DNA of 6,365 nucleotides from a virus (Duplodnaviria; Heunggongvirae; Uroviricota; Caudoviricetes): IMG/VR virus record IMGVR_UViG_2529292979_000027; one strand, 5' to 3'. Shown piece by piece: positions 1 to 5,290 of this stretch (position 1 is its first letter; each line of letters starts with the position of its first letter). The notes under the pieces were generated by a model. It saw only the letters and a program-made list of their open reading frames with translations, ran no database searches and was not told where the DNA came from. The position numbers and the translations under genes were made by a program.

Positions 1-210
1 ATGCGCGAAATAAATGAAGATCGTGTAATCCGCGAAAAAGAATGCAGAGAGCTAACAGGCGTTTGCCGCACAACTCGTTACGAGATGGAAAAGCAGGGCC
101 GCTTCCCCTCACGTATCAGTCTCGGCGGTCGTTCTGTTGGCTGGGTTAAGTCTGAGGTTATGGAATGGGTTAAAAGCAGAAATCGTATTAATTCAGGTAA
201 GGCAGCGTAG
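1..210 (+). CDS. alpA: AlpA-family (MerR-like HTH) transcriptional regulator, 69 aa
   Basis: ORF 1..210 ends at TAG 208-210. The translation ...RVIREKECRELTGVCRTTRYEMEKQGRFPSRISLGGRSVGWVKSEVMEWVKSR fits the Phage_AlpA pattern (HTH followed by FP...lg.rsvgW...ev.eW) and the length is typical for the family (about 70 aa). The ATG is at the window edge, so the true start cannot be confirmed. Confidence 0.8.
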   Translation: MREINEDRVIREKECRELTGVCRTTRYEMEKQGRFPSRISLGGRSVGWVKSEVMEWVKSRNRINSGKAA

Positions 211-227
211 GGGGAACATATGACACA

Positions 228-256
228 TAAAACAAAGGCGACCTGTGGCGGTCGCC
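228..256 (-). terminator. candidate rho-independent terminator for the leftward RHH transcript
   Basis: GGCGACC (237-243) and GGTCGCC (250-256) form a 7-bp GC stem with a 6-nt loop. Read on the - strand it is followed by TTTGTTTTAT (revcomp of about 227-236). On the + strand the trailing sequence is A-rich, so it is a poor + terminator. Confidence 0.35.
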
Positions 257-344
257 AATGGGAAAACACTAAACATAAGCCCGAACATCATAGCGATTTG
301 CTGTCTGGTGGGCAATGTGCTCAGTGTGCTGGCTTGCTGGTGGG

Positions 345-524
345 CTATTCCTGCTCTTTGGCCTTGCGGCGCTGGCGGCGTTTGATTTCGCCTTTAACGG
401 CAGTAACTATAAATTGCGCTTTGCTTTCACCTTCATCTAAATTTTTTTCTAAGTCTGCAACAACATCATGAGGGAATCTGGCATTTAACTGTTGCGACTT
501 ATTATTTGTTGAACCTGTTGCCAT
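345..524 (-). CDS. ribbon-helix-helix (Arc/MetJ/CopG-like) DNA-binding protein, 59 aa
   Basis: Minus-strand ORF with ATG at 524..522 and a GAGGA RBS 8 nt upstream (revcomp of about 531-536). The product MATGSTNNKSQQLNARFPHDVVADLEKNLDEGESKAQFIVTAVKGEIKRRQRRKAKEQE has the classic RHH layout: a beta-strand (QQLNARFP), helix A (HDVVADLEKNLDEGES) and helix B (KAQFIVTAVKGEI), compare Arc PQFNLRWPREVLDLVRKVAEENGRSVNSEIYQRV. The upstream ATG at 563 has no RBS. Confidence 0.6.
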   Translation of the reverse strand: MATGSTNNKSQQLNARFPHDVVADLEKNLDEGESKAQFIVTAVKGEIKRRQRRKAKEQE

Positions 525-545
525 TACTGAATCCTCTCTAAGTTG

Positions 546-634
546 GTGCGATTCAGTATACACAAAAAAAATTCAGAGAAAAGGCTTGAAGTGCGATTCA
601 CTTGCTGATAGGTTAAAAACAGATGGTGCGATGC
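546..634. promoter_or_regulatory. intergenic control region with three direct GTGCGAT(TCA) repeats and an A8 tract
   Basis: GTGCGATTCA occurs at 546-555 and 591-600, with a third GTGCGATG copy at 627-634. The first copy abuts a minus-strand TATACT -10-like hexamer (revcomp of 555-560) placed about 30 nt upstream of the RHH start. An A8 tract lies at 564-571. A weak + strand promoter candidate is TTGAAG (586-591), 17 nt spacer, TAGGTT (609-614). Confidence 0.4.
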
Positions 635-714
635 ACCAAATAACAACGCCCCGCAGTGGTGGCACACATGCAGGGCGTCTAACAACCAACGATAGCAACA
701 GTATCGAGGTAGCT

Positions 715-918
715 ATGTTAAATCATACCACACACCCGCAAGGGCGGGACTCGCACAACCTGAATAAATACATCTGGCGTTTTATCGCCCTGAGTACGGC
801 ACAACCGCGCGTGATTACCATTGAGGCCACCAGCGAACAGGAAGCACGCCAGCAATCCCCGGCTGGCTGCGTGATGGTATTCGCCGCCCGTATTCGTCAG
901 GGGGTGTGCCGTGCTTAA
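715..918 (+). CDS. hypothetical protein (uncertain; start could be 631 or 715)
   Basis: The six-frame ORF 586..918 begins at TTG. In-frame ATGs are at 631 (weak RBS) and 715 (GAGG at 706-709). The product has no recognisable motif. Coding status is doubtful because of GC-rich hairpins such as CCCGC-AAGG-GCGGG near 736-749. Confidence 0.25.
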   Translation: MLNHTTHPQGRDSHNLNKYIWRFIALSTAQPRVITIEATSEQEARQQSPAGCVMVFAARIRQGVCRA

Positions 919-1096
919 AACCTTCCGCGTTTTTTCCCGTGCTGTTAACAAGCGCGGCTATACCGTTGGCATCACGCAGAACGTGAAGGCCGTTAATATG
1001 CAAGCGGCGATTGATTCAGTAATCAGTAATTCCGGTAAAGCAGGTTTATCACATGTAATTATTGCAGCAGTACATGAATTAAAAGGGGGGCATTAA
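911..1096 (+). CDS. hypothetical small protein (uncertain; GTG start at 911, alternative ATG at 998)
   Basis: The ORF overlaps the previous stop (GTGCTTAA) and its own stop overlaps the next start (TAATG at 1094-1098), which favours translation. There is no clear RBS and no recognisable motif. Confidence 0.25.
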   Translation: MLKTFRVFSRAVNKRGYTVGITQNVKAVNMQAAIDSVISNSGKAGLSHVIIAAVHELKGGH

Positions 1097-1287
1097 TGAA
1101 GGAAATTACATTACACGAAGCCGCTGAACGTGCGCACCAGACAGAAATTATTTGCCGACTTCTTGAGGTGTACCCTAATAAATTAAATGATGGTGATATA
1201 TCCGCATTAGCTGGCCTTCTGGCAAAACTTTCTGGAAGTGTTGCGCTGTGGTTAATTGATGAGAGATTTAAACGCTATGAACAATAA
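1096..1287 (+). CDS. hypothetical protein, 63 aa
   Basis: ATG at 1096 is preceded by GGGGGG (1085-1090). The ORF sits in an AT-rich block and its stop overlaps the next ORF. Product MKEITLHEAAERAHQTEIICRLLEVYPNKL... has no recognised family. Confidence 0.5.
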   Translation: MKEITLHEAAERAHQTEIICRLLEVYPNKLNDGDISALAGLLAKLSGSVALWLIDERFKRYEQ

Positions 1288-1519
1288 CAAACGCGTAATT
1301 TGCGAATTGAATGAACTCACACAAAGCGCAATATCTTACAACAATGCCGTAAGTGAGATTATTAACGTCTGGTTTGAATCGCTGACAAATTGCGAGCGTG
1401 ACGAGTCAACGACAAGATTAACCTTTGCCATTTCTGAATTACTGAATATTTCCACCAGCAAAATAGAGAGCATATCAGAGAAGATTAACGGCTTATCAGG
1501 TCACGCTATCGGAGAATAA
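1259..1519 (+). CDS. hypothetical protein, about 80-86 aa (alternative start ATG 1277)
   Basis: The ORF is AT-rich and overlaps the stop of the upstream ORF (1285-1287). It ends at TAA 1517-1519, 5 nt before the next start. No recognised motif. Confidence 0.5.
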   Translation: MRDLNAMNNNKRVICELNELTQSAISYNNAVSEIINVWFESLTNCERDESTTRLTFAISELLNISTSKIESISEKINGLSGHAIGE

Positions 1520-1524
1520 AAATA

Positions 1525-1824
1525 ATGAAACTTAAATATTCTGGCTTAACTGCCAGCGGCAAAACTCGCACTAAATTCATGTGCGGGGATATTTACCGCG
1601 ATAAGTACGGCGGCACGGTAATGATTAAGGGCGTGGAGGAACGGCGCGTAACTTACCGCCGTGAAGGCTACGAATATGATTGCGTTATGCCTGTTTATCA
1701 GTTCAACCGTGATTTTTCTCTGGTACAGGCAGCGCCCCGCAGTAAGCCAACCAGCAGGGAGAAAGCACGCGCCAATATTCAGGAAATAAAAAAGATGCTT
1801 AACGTATTCAGGGGTAAAAAATGA
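1525..1824 (+). CDS. hypothetical protein, 99 aa, translationally coupled to the primase
   Basis: ATG at 1525 has a GGAGA RBS (1511-1515). Its TGA stop (1822-1824) overlaps the primase ATG (1821-1823) as ATGA. The product is basic and Tyr/Arg-rich (MKLKYSGLTASGKTRTKFMCGDIYRDKYGG...) with no recognised family. Confidence 0.6.
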   Translation: MKLKYSGLTASGKTRTKFMCGDIYRDKYGGTVMIKGVEERRVTYRREGYEYDCVMPVYQFNRDFSLVQAAPRSKPTSREKARANIQEIKKMLNVFRGKK

Positions 1825-3575
1825 AACTGGCACCGAACGTAAAAAAACAGCCACGCGGAATAAAACACAAAGACACAGAGGTGATTATTTTCGCGGGTAG
1901 TGATGCGTGGGCACATGCAAAACAGTGGCAGGAGCAGGACGGCCCCGCATCCGGCGATAATGTGCCTCCTGTGTGGCTTGGGCCAAATCAGCTTGCCGAA
2001 CTTTATGCACTGCAAATTGTTCCTGATGGAAAAAAACGCGTAAGGCTGTACCAGGCAGGAGAACTGGACTTGGTGGAGACCAAAAAGATTGGTCAGAAGC
2101 TGGCGGCGGCAGGCGTACAGGATGCAAAATTTTACCCCGAAGGAATGCACGGTCAGAAGGTGGAGAACTGGCGCGAATATCTGGCCCGTGAGCGCCAGAA
2201 TCTTTCTGAAGGTCTGGTCGTTGAGCTTCCGGTAAAGCAAAAGGCGCAACTTTCGCAGATGGCGGACAGTGAACGCGCACAGATGCTTGCTGGTCGATTT
2301 GATGGCGTTTGTGTGCATCCGGAAAGTGAAATCGTTCACGTATGGCGCGGCGGGGTATGGTGTCCGGTCAGCACAATGGAACTTAGCCGCGAAATGGTGG
2401 CGATCTATTCAGAGCACAGGGCCACTTTCAGCAAACGCGTGATCAATAACGCCGTTGAAGCGTTAAAAGTTATTGCCGAACCAATGGGGGAGCCGTCCGG
2501 CGATTTGCTGCCGTTCGCCAATGGTGCGCTTGACCTGAAAACGGGGGAATTTTCCCCGCACACGCCGGAGAACTGGATCACCACGCACAACGGCATTGAG
2601 TACACGCCACCAGCACCAGGGGAGAACATTCGCGACAACGCGCCAAACTTTCATAAATGGCTTGAGCACGCAGCCGGAAAAGACCCGCGCAAGATGATGC
2701 GTATATGTGCCGCGCTGTACATGATTATGGCGAACCGGTACGACTGGCAGATGTTTATTGAGGCCACCGGAGACGGCGGGAGCGGTAAAAGTACATTCAC
2801 ACACATAGCCAGCCTTCTGGCAGGGAAACAGAACACCGTAAGCGCGGAGATGACATCACTCGATGATGCAGGAGGGCGCGCGCAGGTTGTCGGGAGTCGT
2901 CTTATCGTCCTGGCTGACCAGCCGAAATATACAGGCGAAGGAACGGGCATCAAGAAAATCACGGGCGGCGACCCCGTGGAAATTAACCCGAAATATGAAA
3001 AGCGTTTCACGGCGGTAATCAGGGCGGTGGTGCTGGCGACCAACAACAACCCGATGATATTCACCGAACGGGCCGGAGGCGTGGCACGTCGTCGGGTTAT
3101 TTTTCGCTTTGACAATATCGTTAGCGAGGCAGAAAAGGACAAGGATTTGCCGGAGAAGGTCGCGGCTGAAATCCCTGTGATTATCCGCCGCTTGCTGGCT
3201 AATTTTGCTGACCCTGAAAAGGCACGGGCTTTATTACTGGAACAGCGCGACGGTGATGAAGCACTGGCGATAAAGCAACAGACAGATCCGGTTATTGAGT
3301 TTTGCCAGTTCCTGAATTTTCTGGAGGAAGCGCGCGGCCTGATGATGGGTGGCGGTGGCGATTCCGTGAAGTACACGACCAGAAACAGCCTTTACCGCGT
3401 CTATCTGGCGTTTATGGCATACGCAGGAAGAAGCAAGCCGCTAAACGTGGCTGATTTCAGCAAGGCCATGAAGCCAGCGGCGAAAGTTTACGGACATGAA
3501 TATATTACGCGAAAAGTTAAGGGAGTAACGCAGACCAACGCAATTACAACGGATGATTGTGACGCGTTTTTATAA
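1821..3575 (+). CDS. P4-family primase/helicase (D5_N plus P-loop NTPase, Pri-Rep type), 584 aa
   Basis: Long ORF with an AGGGG RBS (1810-1814). The Walker A motif GDGGSGKST is encoded at about 2769-2795, followed by a Walker B-like RLIVLAD. The surrounding sequence ...MRICAALYMIMANRYDWQMFIEATGDGGSGKSTF... is typical of the phage/plasmid primase P4-family C-terminal NTPase domain. The N-terminal 150 aa lack an obvious EGYATA-type primase motif. Confidence 0.9.
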   Translation: MKLAPNVKKQPRGIKHKDTEVIIFAGSDAWAHAKQWQEQDGPASGDNVPPVWLGPNQLAELYALQIVPDGKKRVRLYQAGELDLVETKKIGQKLAAAGVQDAKFYPEGMHGQKVENWREYLARERQNLSEGLVVELPVKQKAQLSQMADSERAQMLAGRFDGVCVHPESEIVHVWRGGVWCPVSTMELSREMVAIYSEHRATFSKRVINNAVEALKVIAEPMGEPSGDLLPFANGALDLKTGEFSPHTPENWITTHNGIEYTPPAPGENIRDNAPNFHKWLEHAAGKDPRKMMRICAALYMIMANRYDWQMFIEATGDGGSGKSTFTHIASLLAGKQNTVSAEMTSLDDAGGRAQVVGSRLIVLADQPKYTGEGTGIKKITGGDPVEINPKYEKRFTAVIRAVVLATNNNPMIFTERAGGVARRRVIFRFDNIVSEAEKDKDLPEKVAAEIPVIIRRLLANFADPEKARALLLEQRDGDEALAIKQQTDPVIEFCQFLNFLEEARGLMMGGGGDSVKYTTRNSLYRVYLAFMAYAGRSKPLNVADFSKAMKPAAKVYGHEYITRKVKGVTQTNAITTDDCDAFL

Positions 3576-3587
3576 TTTTTTGTAAAA

Positions 3588-3818
3588 GCCCTCTACCCCA
3601 TCTACCTGAATGAAATAAACGCATATTATTCAACATGATAAGTGGGTAGAGGGATAGGTAGAAGGCTAATAAAACCCCTCTACCCCCTCTACCATGATTA
3701 AGGTCGTTTGTGAGGGGCGGGTAGAGGATGGGTAGAGGGCCACGAAAAGTCCTCTACCCATCTGAAAGCCGCGCCATTACTGACCTGAAAGATGATTAGG
3801 TAGAAGAGGTAGAGGAGG
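3588..3818. repeat. iteron array, putative satellite replication origin
   Basis: There are 11-12 copies of the 8-bp core CCTCTACC or its complement GGTAGAGG, with variants CATCTACC and GGTAGAAG. They occur as tandem pairs in alternating orientation: direct at 3590-3606, inverted at 3645-3665, direct at 3677-3693, inverted at 3720-3738, direct at 3751-3764 and inverted at 3799-3816. An AT-rich spacer lies at 3607-3642. The array starts 13 nt after the primase/helicase stop. Confidence 0.7.
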
Positions 3819-3862
3819 TGCACCACAACCTAAAACTTTTTAAACGAGGGGGGTAAAAATAA

Positions 3863-4171
3863 ATGTGCATACATCAAAATCACTTAACAAACATGCCGAC
3901 CGAAAACATGAATCAGGGGCGACAAATGACCAAAATGCGCAGAGACAGAACACAGCAAAAATATAAAGCGTTAGACATGACAGAGCTTTCCCTAAAGGTG
4001 GCAATCAAAGTTATAGACCGCCACACACGGGAAGGATACGCGAAGGAGAATCCCGAACTAATAAGCGCATTCATGACCACGGCGGCGGCAAACTTTGCCA
4101 CGCTGACAGAGCGGGAGATTGCAGAAGCGGAACAGGTAACAACCATCAACGTTAAAAGCACTGGAGAATAA
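3863..4171 (+). CDS. hypothetical protein, 102 aa (alternative start ATG 3926 giving 81 aa)
   Basis: ATG 3863 follows GAGGGGGG (3846-3853). ATG 3926 follows AGGGG (3915-3919). The ORF ends at TAA 4169-4171, just before a strong terminator. No recognised motif. Confidence 0.5.
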   Translation: MCIHQNHLTNMPTENMNQGRQMTKMRRDRTQQKYKALDMTELSLKVAIKVIDRHTREGYAKENPELISAFMTTAAANFATLTEREIAEAEQVTTINVKSTGE

Positions 4172-4189
4172 CCGAAGGAGTGAGCACAT

Positions 4190-4213
4190 AGCCGGAGCAA
4201 TCCGGCTTTTTTT
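4190..4213 (+). terminator. rho-independent terminator
   Basis: AGCCGGA (4190-4196), loop GCAA, TCCGGCT (4201-4207), followed by a T6 run (4208-4213). It lies 19 nt after the stop of ORF 3863..4171. Confidence 0.7.
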
Positions 4214-4235
4214 CGATCTCTCATATCTTAAAAAA

Positions 4236-4290
4236 TGGTTGATTAATGATAATCTATCGAAAATACTGATTATGCGATGATAAGTATCAG
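4236..4290 (+). promoter_or_regulatory. candidate promoter and operator for the packaging operon
   Basis: TTGATT (4239-4244), 17-nt spacer, AATACT (4262-4267) is a sigma70-like candidate. The motif TGATTA...GATAA occurs twice (4240-4254 and 4267-4283). The first copy contains the palindrome GATTA-ATGA-TAATC (4241-4254). An ATACT/AGTAT inverted repeat flanks 4263-4287. Confidence 0.35.
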
Positions 4291-4301
4291 GAGGAAACAA
4301 A

Positions 4302-4496
4302 GTGGAAGAGATAAAGCAAAGCGCTACCGTGATGATTGATCACGAGATCCTAAACGAGCTTAAAAAACTTCAATTCGATGTTATTCGCCGGATGAATGAA
4401 GCTGGTATATACGGCAGAGCCGCCACGCCAACAATAGGTCATCTTGCACGTGTGCTGTTACGCGAAAGACTGGGCATTGCAACAGGTGAGGCATAA
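4302..4496 (+). CDS. hypothetical protein, 64 aa (GTG start)
   Basis: GTG at 4302 is preceded by a strong AGGAGG RBS (4289-4294) with a 7-nt spacer. It is the first gene after the terminator and promoter region. Product MEEIKQSATVMIDHEILNELKKLQFDVIRRMNEAG... has no recognised family. Confidence 0.55.
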   Translation: MEEIKQSATVMIDHEILNELKKLQFDVIRRMNEAGIYGRAATPTIGHLARVLLRERLGIATGEA

Positions 4497-4499
4497 CAA

Positions 4500-4661
4500 A
4501 TGGCTATCACAGAACGCGAGGCAAGCATCATTAAGGCCATTGGCGAGGAAACAAGAGACACTATAGCGCCATTGATGGAAAAGATCGCAGAGCTTGAGAC
4601 ACGAATAAACAAGCTGAGTAATGAAGTTGAAGGCCTGATCTCGTTACTCGGTGAGCAATGA
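4500..4661 (+). CDS. hypothetical small coiled-coil-like protein, 53 aa (below the ORF-track length cutoff)
   Basis: ATG at 4500 lies 3 nt after the upstream stop, with GGTGAGG (4485-4491) as RBS. Product MAITEREASIIKAIGEETRDTIAPLMEKIAELETRINKLSNEVEGLISLLGEQ has heptad-like spacing of hydrophobic residues. Stop is TGA 4659-4661. Confidence 0.4.
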   Translation: MAITEREASIIKAIGEETRDTIAPLMEKIAELETRINKLSNEVEGLISLLGEQ

Positions 4662-4664
4662 CAT

Positions 4665-4716
4665 GGGGGGGGAGTGTTCCGGCCGGAAAGTCGATCACCC
4701 TGGACACCGCCCCCCG
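4665..4716. other. G8 tract, perfect 12-bp palindrome TTCCGGCCGGAA, and C6 tract
   Basis: G8 at 4665-4672, palindrome at 4677-4688 and C6 at 4710-4715. The G and C runs can pair to close a large stem-loop. The element sits in the 129-nt gap between ORF 4500..4661 and terS. Confidence 0.3.
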
Positions 4717-4745
4717 TCTCATTCGTAGAAAATTTTGCTTTTCAA

Positions 4746-4768
4746 AAAAGTTACACGAAAAGTTACAC
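4746..4768 (+). repeat. two tandem AAAAGTTACAC repeats in non-coding DNA upstream of terS
   Basis: AAAAGTTACAC at 4746-4756 and 4758-4768 (period 12), ending about 22 nt before the terS start. It is the same motif as the array inside terS. Confidence 0.6.
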
Positions 4769-4790
4769 CCCCTCAAAACGAGGTTTTTGC

Positions 4791-5279
4791 ATGGCATTAA
4801 CGACCAAAAAAAAGCGGTTTGCTGATGCGTTATCAAGGGGCGCAAATCCCACGGAAGCCGCTATACATGCGGGATACAGCGAAAAGACCGCAAGGGTTAA
4901 AGGCTGGCAGCTATCCAACGATCCTGAGGTGAAAAAGTATCTTAAGGCTGTAACTTCTGATGTAACTTTTCAGGTTACAAAACCGAAAAAAGTTACAAAG
5001 AAAGTTACCGAAAAAGTTACACCGGAACGGGCATCAATTAACACCATTGAGATGATGGATAACGGCCTACCCGACCCCATCAAAGCAATGGGCAGGATAC
5101 TGATTGACAACATGGACACAGATCCAAAACTGGCTTTAGATGCCGCGTTTAAGCTGGCCCAGTTCACCCACCGCAAGATCGGCAGCATTGGGAAAAAAGA
5201 GGTTAAAAAACTCAATGCCGCTAGTGTCTACTCAAATCGGTTCCCCATCCCTAAGCCACCAACAGACTTAAAACACTGA
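4791..5279 (+). CDS. terS: terminase small subunit (Terminase_2-like N-terminal HTH), 162 aa
   Basis: ATG at 4791 follows GAGG (4779-4782). The N-terminus MALTTKKKRFADALSRGANPTEAAIHAGYSEKTARVKGWQLSNDPEVKKYLKAV matches the small-terminase HTH signature (..L.KQ.RF...Y....N.T.AAI.AGYS.KTA.....LL). The ORF-track start at 4674 would read through the G8 tract and palindrome and is rejected. Confidence 0.85.
   Translation: MALTTKKKRFADALSRGANPTEAAIHAGYSEKTARVKGWQLSNDPEVKKYLKAVTSDVTFQVTKPKKVTKKVTEKVTPERASINTIEMMDNGLPDPIKAMGRILIDNMDTDPKLALDAAFKLAQFTHRKIGSIGKKEVKKLNAASVYSNRFPIPKPPTDLKH
4950..5022 (+). repeat. AAAAGTTACA repeat array inside terS (candidate pac or recognition site)
   Basis: Three tandem 12-bp-period copies lie at 4988-4997, 5001-5009 and 5012-5022, with a partial copy GGTTACAA at 4973-4980. 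Two inverted copies GTAACT(TTT) lie at 4950-4955 and 4962-4970. In frame they encode KVT repeats (VTKPKKVTKKVTEKVTP). Confidence 0.55.
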
Positions 5280-5290
5280 GGTAGCGAACT

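Noticed and set aside
78..269. minus-strand ORF of 63 aa overlapping alpA
   Set aside because: It is antisense to a gene with a clear family signature and has no RBS or motif.
220..471. + strand ORF of 83 aa with a GGGGG RBS before ATG 220
   Set aside because: The product is Cys-rich and low-complexity with no protein-like pattern. It overlaps the antisense ORF whose product has a clear ribbon-helix-helix signature, so the RHH reading is preferred.
1546..2339. minus-strand ORFs 1546..1854, 1779..2339 and 1885..2280 antisense to ORF 1525 and the primase
   Set aside because: They are typical antisense open frames inside well-supported + strand genes, with low-complexity products and no starts with an RBS.
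2405..3376. minus-strand ORFs inside the primase gene, including a 241-aa frame (2651..3376)
   Set aside because: The products are Pro/Ser/Arg-rich and low-complexity, as expected from the antisense strand of a GC-richer gene. The + strand frame carries Walker A and B motifs.
3588..3818. possible CRISPR array because of many short repeats
   Set aside because: The repeats are only 8 bp, occur in both orientations and lack uniform spacers. The pattern fits iterons at a replication origin.
4236..4290. LexA (SOS) box in the packaging-operon promoter
   Set aside because: CTG and CAG are present but 20 nt apart. The region does not fit CTGT-N8-ACAG.
3913..4300. minus-strand ORFs 3913..4224 and 4058..4300
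   Set aside because: They are antisense to ORF 3863..4171 and run across the rho-independent terminator and promoter region. They have no RBS.
4674..4790. upstream extension of terS from the ORF-track start at 4674
   Set aside because: The extension would translate the G8 tract and palindrome (MFRPESRSPWTPPPVSF...) and has no RBS. ATG 4791 has a GAGG RBS and begins exactly at the conserved small-terminase N-terminus.
4561..5215. minus-strand ORFs 4561..4845 and 4970..5215
   Set aside because: They are antisense to ORF 4500..4661 and to terS, with no RBS or motif.
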